From the NCBI RefSeq assembly GCF_964194025.1, contig NC_134468.1, positions 20,460,001 through 20,524,000 of the forward strand: DNA of 64,000 nt. The letters are read 5' to 3'. Source of the stretch: Convolutriloba macropyga (Eukaryota). Shown here in pieces: positions 20,828-32,258 of the stretch. The notes beneath the pieces are model-generated. The model was not told the origin of the DNA and did no database searches. It worked only from the letters and a program-made list of their open reading frames with translations. How positions within the stretch are numbered: position 1 is the stretch's first letter; every line of letters starts with the position of its first letter. Position numbers and translations under genes: made by a program.

Positions 20828-23729
20828 AACATTGCCAAACAATTAGCTTATTCTGTTTAAAAAGAGGACAGGCTGCCTGTTGGAAAATCACAGGAAAATT
20901 TCAACAATCAATGAATTATACAATAAACAGTTTAGCAGTTTATGGTTTTAAGAGTACTTTTTAGCTGCAAAAATGTTAGGAAAAATTGAAACTTAACATA
21001 AGATATTAAAATATTAAAGGCATTAAAATAAGATATCAAGATAGGAGCTTCAGTTTCTCAATTAAGTTACCAAATACATTTTGGTGCTACCACCTCACAG
21101 GTTCTGGGATCAGTGGTTTTACGTTCGTGTGTACGATAGATATTTCTGATGACTTGCATCGTAACTCCGTCTGATTATGTTACAGCTTCAAAATCTTATC
21201 AACAAAATTTACAATAGTTACACTAGAAATTTTATATTTCTCAATAAGAAACTTTCAAACTTTATCCAGTACAAAAGTAATTGTTTTAATTTTGCTTGTA
21301 CTTACATTTACTCATTGAAAAGCCAGAAACCTGGCGAAGTAGACGCAAAATAATTGCATAGTCAAATAAACCGAACAACGAGGCTTCATTTGAATAACTT
21401 AATGACTTCCATCTATGAAGCTTTCTCAGTTCTATAAAAAGCTAAAATCAGTCACCAGCTCGTTTTGTGGTCAACTTTTGGTCAATTTTTCACAGAGCTA
21501 TTTCTATTTGTAGTGCCTGCATAATATTTTACGACACAATACACATGTATCTCGAAATTTTAATCGGATAGCAATCGAAAACTGCAAAAATATTTAAACC
21601 GAATGGAATAATTATAGAGAAATTTTGGCTGAAAAATGTTAAGGTCGAAGCTATCAACAATATTCTTATCAAGAAAACCTCACCAAAAGGAACTCCTGAA
21701 TCAACTGACATTAGAACACAGAACCCAAAGTCCTAAAACTCAAGATTGCCAAATACTCGCCTTTTGTATCTGCATCTCCTGGTACTGAATACCTGGTAGT
21801 TTTTAAGATAGGGACCATTTTGGAATTTAAGCTGGTCTTCTCGTTGATAATTTCACGAGCCATTTAACATTTTTTGCAAATGCTTTGAGGCTGCAATGGG
21901 TACAAAGAATTAAAATTAAGAGGCCGCACATTAAAGACAAATAACAGGACACGAGTGCTCTTAGCTAATGAAATCTTTAATGCTGACAAAGAAAAGTGCC
22001 GCTTAGAAATGCGCAAAATTGTCGTTTAACTGCATTAGCTGCAAATAGCATTAAAAATGGACTGTTGCATGGAGAAAAATTATATCTAAAATATCAAAAT
22101 CGTCGTTTTGAAACAAAGCCAAGGAAAACAACAAATCTGGTCATAAGTTCTTATACGCTAATTCATCGCTAAAGACAAAAATCATTGAGTATCTGACAAT
22201 TTATTTCTGAATTCTTGAACAAAAAAAAAGATATTTAGATCCTTTCCATTTGCGGCCGCCGGCAAACGTGCTATTTTTACATAGTATCGTGCTATATAAC
22301 ATATAAATTGATATTGGGGGCACAGAAAACAATGAAGGGAACTGGATAAAAAATTTAAACGAAAACAATAATCCTCAATTGTTCGCGTTTACCAAACCCT
22401 GTCCCAGAGCGGTTTTAGCATCCGAAATTCCGATTAAAAAATTACAAAAACGCGTTGTCGCTCTTGCAAAAAAAGTGCTTTTGCAACTGAAAGCAACGCT
22501 TTCAGCATGCAGGTACCAGTTGGAGTACCAGAAGTGCTAGTAGCTACATTTACACATTTTTGGTTATTCTATTCACAATCTAACACGATACTAACCGGTA
22601 CTACTGCGAGATAGGACGAACTGTGGAATATCTACACAGAAGAAAAAGCGTAACTCGGTAAACGGTACCAATAATATCAATCTGAATAATAAACCGCCGA
22701 GAACAAATATCAGATCAATAGGCATTTGCTGTTTACCTTCTGATTATCAAGATAACAATGTTCATAACCTCGCCTATTTGTGGATGACGGCACTATTACG
22801 ACATTCTTTTGTTCTGCATTTAAGAGATACAATTACTGATATACTCAACCGGTTACGGATCTAAAATTGCTTAAGGACCATAAAACACTTTCTACAAACT
22901 GACTCATTCTTTGTACAGATAACTGCAAGATACCATCGTTTGTTGATAGACAGATTTCATTTTTGACATTCAAAAAATTCAACTTTAGAAACTGAATTTT
23001 TATCTGAAGTGCAAAGCAGAGGTACATAGATATAGTAGTACCAAAGAAAACTATCTTAGGAAAATTGCTAAGAAAATTATTTATTGATTTTCAATTGATG
23101 CTAAAAGTTGATGTATTAATGCTTAAGGTAATTAAGTTTTCATTTTTTACCGAAATTAAACGAGGACAGACTGAAAATGTGTTGTAAAAAGCGTCGTAGA
23201 CTGACCCCTTCTTAGCAATATTTATTTTGCTCATAATTCTACTTCCTATTATGTTGGAGAAATTAATTCTTTCTTTCAATATTCGGACCAATTCCGATAT
23301 TCTATATAAGATATTTAATTTCCGGGTGAACATGCTCAGGACGGCATTAAGGCATCTGAACAGTCAAACGAGCACGTATTCTTTATAAGGAAAAAATTCT
23401 TGTCATGTGATAGCAGCCACATTCACTACTCAAATTTTCTTAATCTTTGCAACAAATTCAACCCTTTGACTGAATGGCCATTGAAACAAGGGACAAGGTT
23501 CACGAGTCTCATCAAGATCAAGATGGCAATATTTTAGCGCACATTATGTTCCAACCCCCATCATTATTGCTAAATGCCAAAAGTTTAATCGGGTCGTTCG
23601 GTATTAAGCGTCGGCCATTGTAAGAGTTTGTGTATCAATGCTTGGAATAATAACTGGTTCGTGTCATGGGCCACGTTTCTCAGTTGCGTTTCAAAGACTG
23701 ATTAATTTGTTTTCTGAAGGTTACACATT

Positions 23730-24170
23730 TTCACGCTATTTTTTGGATGTTTTCGGGTAACGGACGTTGGTAATGCTTACTCCAACAGGCGGTGGTTACC
23801 AAATAGCAACAGGCTTCATAAGGAAGCAGCGTCGTGGCATAAACTCGTTCAATCACAGCGCATGTGCGAGGTAATTTCATAGTCTCGTGTTTTCGTGTTT
23901 CGTTTTTATTCAACATCGCATAAAGCTATTGACTTCGTCCAATTTGAATTCGCAAAAAACGTTGCATGCATCGTTTCTCAAATAGATCTAGCCTGGTGTA
24001 GTCACTCGACCTCATTGGGCATCCAATTGTTCTCTTCATGAGTCACGTCAATATATTAAACAAAGCTGCCCAGGTAATTGAACGCTCTGACAAAAATCTT
24101 TTCAATTCACACGCAAATTCTTGCTGCCTTAACGTTTGTGCCATGGCTTCGCATATGTCGTAGTTTAACA
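23730..24170 (-). pseudogene. Non-LTR retrotransposon (RTE-like) ORF2 C-terminal relic
   Basis: Minus strand reads RLDLFEKRCMQRFLRI, resembling the post-RT 'LxxFExRCLRRILRI' motif; heavily degraded. Confidence 0.35.
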
Positions 24171-24379
24171 ATAGATCGCACTTCAGGGCCTCAGTATGTT
24201 TTCTAGATGTTTCCAACATTTCTAAATGTTTCCAGCATTCTTCAGAATCCTATGAGCTACAAGTACACTCTAGCTGAGATTCTTTATTGACCGGCAGTTT
24301 CAATGAACGTCATTCAATTGTTATGTATTTTTTTCGCTTTGGTGATTCAATTAATTTCTTTTTAGCGAATCTTAAAATG

Positions 24380-24717
24380 CAGCGGGCTTCTGAAGTTTTG
24401 TGTGGTTCACACGCCAATGATTGAGTGTTCAATCCCCTGCCTCCGTGAAGCTGTCTGTGAGGATGAGCTCTTACTTAACCATAGCTCCAGGTTGACCATA
24501 GCCTGACCAATGTTGGCTGCAAGGATGGTACCACGTAAAAGTTTCAGACGCAAAAAAAGCGGCTATAGTCACCAAAAAAGAGCAATGCTGCTCATGAAAA
24601 GATCAGTCTGAAATGTGGGGAATAATAAGAAAAAGGGCAGCTGCAAACAGGCTACTGTAGGCCTAATGCTGTTCCACTGCGATTACGCAGAAACCACAAT
24701 TATTATTATTATTATTA
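24380..24717 (+). repeat. Possible SINE relic
   Basis: B-box-like GTTCAATCCCC near 24427 and a (TAT)n tail at ~24700-24717. Confidence 0.3.
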
Positions 24718-25582
24718 AGTTTTATCCTAAATACGAGAAAAAATGTGATTTAAGCATAATTAGGCCGTAAATTGAATTTGAACTTAAAATTACTTACTTA
24801 TTAGTTGCTCTCAAAAAAATTGGGGTCATGCCTACCTTTTAACGCATTTTTTTCTGACCCCTTCAAACCGGGAATCAAGATATCTCAAATAGCAAAAAGT
24901 CAGTGTAGTTTCTAAGCTCTACTTGTCCTTGACGTCCACAGTGCACTAAAACTAATAAATGGAAACTACAATGCCATGTCTTCAATAAGGGTAGGCGTGC
25001 GTGTATCTATGCTGGGTTTAGGTGTGGAGGAGGAGTTGGGGGGTTGGAAGTGATAATGGGGGAGAGGATAGGCAAGGGAACTGGGCAGGGGAAGTGAAAA
25101 AAGCAAAATTAAGTCAACACCTCAGCTTAGTCTTTATCATAAAAATAACTGAACTTTGGGCCCTAACTGAACTGAAGTTAATAAGTCTAGAATTTATCTT
25201 TCTGAGTGAGTAAGTCAAGGTGACCTCGTTCTCGGTTAGGTCAAACGCATGAACAACCCGTAATCAAAAATTGTTCATGACCCGAGGACCCAGGACATCA
25301 GAGACATTATGACGACGTATATTGCGGACAAGTGACCACCCATGCGAAAGACATCACAAATAGTAACAATAAAAACCAGTATCATAAAATACAGCCAAAC
25401 TAGGTAAAAAAAACGCCAAAACATTGGACTGAGTTACGTTAAAGTTGGCCGATCAAGTGTTTGACTGTCTCCGCTTTGTAACAAATCCCATAGAATACAA
25501 GAATACCTCTAGATCTACCATGGTAGCAAAACAACTGATATGAATCCCCACGGATTGAGATTGGAAAAACAGAAAATGAAAC

Positions 25583-25968
25583 AAAAACCGACGTATGTCG
25601 GAAGAAATGCTCTTGAACGACAGGCGAGGCAATTTAATTCGGGGGCTGTAGCCTTAAGGGTGCAAAAATAGTTTACCACGCCGTGATTCGAACCATTGGC
25701 CTCCCGCTCCCTGACCAGAAGCACTGCCCACTTGGCTATCAGGCCCTTCTGATTGCTATACTGCAATCGATTTTGTTAGCAACAAGCTTTACTTCGGATT
25801 GAGAGCAATATAGATCACTCAAAAATGAGGAACGAAAGCGTAAAAAGTCACTTGAGAAGTCAAATAATGTTCTAGAAGAAAACCGCAAAATGGTCAAGCA
25901 AAAAATTTGCATACAAAACGACCAACACGTTTACAATAATTGCTATGATTTTTGTTCAAGAGCAATTA
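25583..25968 (-). mobile_element. HINE family B with tRNA-derived segment
   Basis: CCGAC-gtat-GTCGG hairpin; TGCTCTTGAAC / GTTCAAGAGCA IRs; minus-strand A box TAGCCAAGTGG and B box GGTTCGAATC at ~25676-25745. Confidence 0.78.
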
Positions 25969-26799
25969 AAAATTGATTTTCGTACAAACGTAGTTTTAAT
26001 GAGCAAAATATTTTTATGCCATTCCGTGGTCAGACAAACTCTTGTTTCCTAACTAGTGCATACTGGCGCTAGTATCAATACCAATAAGCATTACGGATAA
26101 TAACTAAGACTTAGTAGAAAACAAAGTTTGAATAGCGGGCATCTAAAATTGGGTTTATTCCGTTTCTATTCTTGAATCAGGTTTTTGAGACTCAGTTCAA
26201 ATTAGATTGCTTTGCTGAGCAACTGCTGTTTAAAAGCGCTTTGAGAAGAAAGAGCGACGAATAAAACTACCCTACTGAATTCACACACAAAATTGAACAA
26301 ACTGTGACTTATGGTAGAGCGAAACTAATTTTTATTCGAAGTAAAAAGAAACATGGCACAACAGTCATGACCCACAATTCAAAAAATTTATTTTTATCAA
26401 CTAAACAAGAAATTAGACCCAGGGTGTACTATGAATCGCTTGGGAAAACCATTTAGAAAAATTCCGATACATTCGATAAAACAATAAAAGTCGAAGTCAA
26501 ATTGCAACATGTGAACAAAAATCACAAGCAAGAAAACTAAATTTTGATCAAACGGCTCTTCTCACTCACTTAGAGTGAAAAAATTTCACGACGCCAAACC
26601 ACTCGCTTTTTTGTCCAGTTACTGTTGAGGCGTGAACAAAATAATCGCTTCAAATTGACGTCAGAACTCGGCAAACAGATAATATTCATGAAAATGTGCA
26701 AACAGATCTCAAAAAAAGGACAGCGCCTCAATACAATTCCAATAAAAAAAAACAGGTTCGCCATAATAGCCGGCTGAAAATCAGAGCGGCTATTAAAAA

Positions 26800-27546
26800 T
26801 AGCCGACTATCGTCGGGCGAATTGCTATCAAACGACCGGTTGCCTTCGTTCGTCAGTAGCTAGCCACCTTTTGGTGAAGCTCGATTTAGCTTAATTGAAG
26901 GTGGCGTGAGGTGAGTGCAGCGGTGGGGGGATTTCAACAGTGGAGGGGGCAACGACGGAGGGGGTCTATCGCTTCACGGGGTCCGTAAAGCCTTTGTGAT
27001 GTGAAGGGGTTTGGATTGGGGTGAAGTTACGGGGCTGATGGGGGGGGGCTTTGTGGGGGTGTCTTCACATTGATTACCATTATTAAAGCCTGGCGGTTAA
27101 GCCTCCAAGATCTCAAAACAAAAGTCGGTCGAATTGCTCCCAAACGACCGGTTGGCTTCGTCAGTAGCTAGCAACGGTTTTGTGAGGCTAGCTTCCACTT
27201 AAATGAAGGGGCGTAAGGTGAGCGCAGCGGGGCTGCAACGCGAGGGGGGTGCAAGGGTGGATTGGGGGCTGATGTGGGGGCCGTGGATGGGGGCGTGGGA
27301 TCATATTCTAAGTACTGCTCTTCACACCATAAGTATATTCTCCAAAACAGTTTCTGTGAATCGCATACTTGGAGGCTAGTGAGCTGAAAGGCTCTAAGAG
27401 CACTTAATCCCCGCTGGGCGCTACCTGTTTATCCCGTTTTTGAGGACGAAAAGTCAAATGGGTCAGACTAAAATTCGGTCAAGCAAAAAATCGCATTAAA
27501 AAATACCAACAGGACGGATATAATTGCTACAAACTTGAGAGAAATT
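26800..27546 (-). mobile_element. HINE family B-related element with G-rich cargo and partial internal duplication
   Basis: CCGAC-tatc-GTCGG hairpin plus AATTGCTATCAAACGA, repeated at ~27125; ends ATAATTGCTACAAACTT..; 27074-27546 is nearly identical to 29631-30053. Confidence 0.65.
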
Positions 27547-28665
27547 AATATACAATAGGAAGCAGGCCAGAAAGTTTTGGAAACAAACAAAACTCAGAAA
27601 ATCTATTAAATTCAATCAATTTCCTCATACTGAACCACTATAATTGAAATCAACCAAATCAAAAACTCATCGAACCGACAAGAAATACTGACTTTCACCA
27701 AAAACACCTCTAAAAATATAAAACAGCAATAAAACTTCCTAAAAGCGTCTTAAAGCCCAAAATAAAAAAAACTGCTCCGATTTGCATCTCTAAGTTAGTC
27801 GCTGCAAAAAATTGTTTTAAAAAAGCTCCAAAATGTGCAATTACTTGTTAACATATTTGAGAAAACTAGTTGGGCCGAAAATGTAGGAGATAAAACGAAA
27901 GGAGTGTTTTGAAAATGCTGCAGGTGTACAAAAAATTCCAATCATTCTGCAAATTTTTTTCTACACCTGCTGTTATCGCTCTCTCAGAATAATGTAAAAT
28001 CTAATTCCCCTCTCTTTCTCTCCGCGTTTCACATTTCTTCAGTATATTAATCAAAACACTTGTTTTCACGTGCGAGATTTACAACATGTTGCTTTACATC
28101 CGTGAATTTAACAAAAAACCGAAGATTAACAGAATCCGTCTTCGACTCGTAAAAACCAACAGAAAACCATAACTGAACTTCGGCCAGGCTTATAACTATC
28201 CTATGGAAGGCTATCCTTGAAATTTTATGTACTATATTGGAATATCGAATGACCAATACAAACTGTTTGAAATAATTCCTTCGCACATTAAGGGCGGGTC
28301 AGCATTATCCGTTGGCTGGTTTGTGGCGATGATTAAAATCGTGCCACCAGTAAACATGTAAACGTTTAACATTCATGAAAATAACTTGGTAGCCATCTTT
28401 CCCGTTACTCAATAATATTACAGCACAACAATATTTTGATCAGCTTTATTTGTCACCAGATTACCGAAGAACGAGCGAAGCATTAGAAGAATTTGAGGAA
28501 AATTGATGGAAGACAAGGTTAATTTAATGCATCAAAACCTTTGAAATTTCATAAATTTAAAATTATGTTAGCAAGCAGTTTCAAATTTGGCCGACAAAAA
28601 ATTTAAGTTATAGACATTTACAATTTAACATCCGTTTCAATATCACAACCAATATACAGACGCAC

Positions 28666-29289
28666 TCAATGCTTTTCAATTCTGCACAATGGATTATCAT
28701 AAACCATCTGCAAATTAACTTTGTGACCACACAAATCTCGAATATTGTCAAGTTTATACTTGATCATGGTTGGCCTTTCAAGAGACAAGCCCCATGCGAT
28801 AACCGACACATCTTCAGGTAAACCCATCGGAATCAACATTTCGGGTCTGAATACGCCCGAATTTCCGATCTCAATCCACTTTTTCAGCCCCGGATGGAAA
28901 CTGAAAACTTCCATGCTTGGCTCGGTGTAAGGATTGTATGCCGGCTTGAAGCGGAGATCTTTAATTCCCAATTTATTGAAGAACTCATACAGCATACCAA
29001 TCAAGTTTCCCAATGTTAAGTTGTAGTCGGCCACGAGACCTTCGATTTGATGAAACTCGGCCAAATGTGTTGCATCCAGGGTCTCGTTTCGGAATACCCG
29101 ATCAATAGAGAACAGTTTTACTGGTTTGAACTCTCCGGTTGCTTTTGTAGTTTCAGCAAGCTTATACAACATGCGAGATGAGACAGCTGTTGTGTGAGTT
29201 CGTAGAAGATTTTTCAAAGCTTCCTCTTCGCTCCAGTCATATTGGTATCCAATTGAACCCGATCCACCTTCAGAATGCATCTTTTTTAC
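28666..29289 (-). CDS. FARSA: Phenylalanyl-tRNA synthetase alpha subunit, exon 2
   Basis: AG|[65 protein letters not shown] (class II motifs 2 and 3). Confidence 0.97.
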   Translation of the reverse strand, partial: VKKMHSEGGSGSIGYQYDWSEEEALKNLLRTHTTAVSSRMLYKLAETTKATGEFKPVKLFSIDRVFRNETLDATHLAEFHQIEGLVADYNLTLGNLIGMLYEFFNKLGIKDLRFKPAYNPYTEPSMEVFSFHPGLKKWIEIGNSGVFRPEMLIPMGLPEDVSVIAWGLSLERPTMIKYKLDNIRDLCGHKVNLQMVYDNPLCRIEKH

Positions 29290-29630
29290 CTGAACAAATC
29301 AGACCATTTTATAGTTAAGCTTCAAACCGGCTTTTCATTGTCTCATTAATGTTGCAGATAGATCCACAACTATCAAGGGAAGTCGGAGAAAAACAATTTT
29401 TTATGCCCCTGATTAACGTGTTGTTATGTATCACTTTACTATGTAAAAAGGCACGTGCTCCTGGGGTCGTAAAAGCTATATGCCCAGCAAGCTGGGACAG
29501 TTTGTTGATTATGAAAAACAGTTCGTTGCTTACGAGAAACAGTTCGTTACAAGTAATTTCTTGAAACAAAAATTGGTTAATTTAATGTTATTCTTGTCTT
29601 TTCCTTAACTAGAACGATCTTCCCATTGAA

Positions 29631-30053
29631 TACCATTATTAAAGCCTGGCGGTTAAGCCTCCAAGATCTCAAAACGGTTTAGTGAGGCTAGCTTCCGCTT
29701 AATTGAAGGGGTGTACGGTGAGCGCAGCGGGGCTGCACCGCGAGGGGGGTGCAAGGGTGGATTGGGGGACTGATGTGGGGGCCGTGGATGGGGGCGTGGG
29801 ATCATATTCTAAGTACTGCTCTTCACACCATAAGTATATTCTCCAAAACAGTTTCTGTGAATCGCATACTTGGAGGCTAGTGAGCTGAAAGGCTCTAAGA
29901 GCACTTAATCCCCACTGGGCGCTACCTGTTTATCCCGTTTTTGAGGACGAAAAGTCAAATGAGTCAGACGAAAAATCGGTCAAGCGAAAAATCGCATTAA
30001 AAAAAGACCGACAGGACTAATATAATTGCTACAAACTTCGTTTGAGATCAATT
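29631..30053 (-). mobile_element. Second copy of the G-rich HINE-related element, in the FARSA intron
   Basis: Near-identical to 27074-27546; ends TAATTGCTACAAACTTCGTTTGAGATCAATT hairpin. Confidence 0.7.
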
Positions 30054-30755
30054 ACAAAAAAAAATGTTTTCATTGAATAATATCAGTTTACTTTTGTTTC
30101 AAAACCTTCAGACCTAATAAATACCCATTAAAGACTATTCTTTCGGCTGCATTATTGCTCCGAACTCACTTAGTGGGGGGGGGGGGGCTATAAACTCAGC
30201 TGATTTTTTGTTCAGTCAATTTTGCTCGATCAGGATATATCGTCATGAGTAGAATAAAATAATTTGAGGGTTTTTTGGATGTCATTTTAATCAAAGAGTT
30301 ATCGAGTTTTTTAATGGTTAAAGACATTTCACCTTTTACGCTAATTTCGTACACTTCTAGGCCAATAATATCTTCGCAGTTATTAGAAATTAAATTAATT
30401 CTTTTTTTACTCAGGGGCTATCCAGTATAGAAACAATAAAATAGGTTCTTTTGGTTCGAAAGCAACTTCGGTTTTCTTCAAGCAAAAATGTGATGACCTG
30501 TGGTGTGAACATTGTCTCATAGAGAAAGATACAAGCATCAGAATTAAAATCAAAACAGACATGATAAATAGAAATCAAAATGAAATGTGTAGTGATTTTG
30601 AATCAGAAAAAAAACTAGAAACATTTAGGACAACAGCCTCCCTTCCTCTACAATGGTTCCTATTGATGCTTCTACTACAGGGCTCTGGCGGATGGAGTGT
30701 TTTAATAGTTTTACAAGCAAAAATGAAGCGAAGAAGTTAAAAACGGCATGCTAAC

Positions 30756-31619
30756 CCTTTCCATGTAGTCGCCAGGTATTAACTCTTTATTGCATTGAGC
30801 TGGATGACTCACAAAGAAGGTATCGTGTGCATCTCTTGCAGGGTGCTGTTGAGGTTGGAACAGAGCATCAAAGTTCCAGAACGAGCTTTCAACAAAGTTA
30901 TTAGTGGGCATCTCTGAGAATCCCATTTCTAAGAAAATTTGCCTGAATTCACTGCGTACTTTCATTAGTGGGTGCAAATGACCTGAATCGGGGAGTCGCC
31001 CTTTGGCAGAGAAATTGTACCCCTTAAAACCTTGCTGCTTCCAAGAACCGTTTGCAATCATCTCACTGGTAAGGTCAGTTGCCAATTTTTCTGTCTCTAG
31101 AGAAAAACCCGGTCCCTTGCAGATTTCGTAGAATTTTTCAACACGCTTTTCAATTAGTTTTCTCTTCTTATAGTCATCAAGAGTTTTCGGAGGAAGTTTT
31201 TCACCCAATTTGAGATTCTCCAGATCCTTCTGAACATCATCAACAATAGATTCTGTTGCTCTTTTCACAATACCACTGGCTTTATCCAGTGATACCCATT
31301 TCTTCGACGATGCCTTGCCAAATGCAATACTGAAACCTTCGAATGATTTTTTCAACTCTTCCAAAGATGATCCTTCAGAAGCAATTTGCTGGAAAAGTCT
31401 GGCCTCTAAACTCCCCGCCTGCAACGTTTTTTGACCTTCGTCTGTCAACAACCACTTCTCTTCTGACATTTCCTTCGTCGCGATGACATCACCGAGGGAT
31501 TGCACACTTTTCATTGCCCCAACAACTTCCTGATGGTCTTTACCGTGTTGCAGTGCAAAAGCTCTCGTATCCGAAACGACATCGTTTGCACTTATGTGCT
31601 CTAGCAATAGAGTATCCAT
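30756..31619 (-). CDS. FARSA: Phenylalanyl-tRNA synthetase alpha subunit, exon 1
   Basis: GHLHPLMKVR..FWNFDALFQPQQHPARDAHDTFF; donor YMER|GTTAG at 30755; phase 0 join gives a 495-aa protein. Confidence 0.97.
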
Positions 31620-31773
31620 TATAAATCTGAAACAAAAGGGGATAAATTTTTGAAGGATAACCGAGTAACACCCGACTATTTGATCTGAATCGACAAGGCG
31701 AGGGGACAGTAGCCTGCTTCAACTTTTTGGAAGGTTACTAGCATTTCTTGAGGTAAAAACTGCCTTAATTTTC

Positions 31774-32258
31774 GGGTCTTTCCCATTATAGCCCCCCAGC
31801 TTAGTGGGCATGTAACTTATAGCCCCCCCCCCCCCCCAGATAAAAATTCATAACCACCTCTTTAACACAAAATCGGAAATCGATGTAGGCGAGCCACTGA
31901 AATTAATAACCACTTCTTTAACACAAAATCAGAAATCATTGTAGGCGAGCCGCCGGATGATGACATGGGCTTGCCCATTATAATTGATTTTAGTTGACTT
32001 CGTATCTTGTTGATTCGTATCTTGCGGAGTTCCTGTTCAGAAATCATGTTTCTCGAAAAAACCTGGACCCGTTCCATGAAATAATGACGGCGATTGGAAA
32101 ATTCCAGCATTCGATACTGGAACAAAACAAAAACTTGTAACCAACAATTATAAGCATAAATGATGAATTTAATTGTATGCTATAACTTGATTTTTTTTTG
32201 GGGGGGGGGGGCTACAATTTTCTGGGGGGGGGGGGGGGGGCTATAATGGGAAAGACCC
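31774..32258. mobile_element. MITE with GG..CC termini and 8-bp TSD (Merlin/MULE-like)
   Basis: TIR GGGTCTTTCCCATTATAGCCCCCC; TSD TAATTTTC at 31766-31773 and 32259-32266. Confidence 0.9.
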
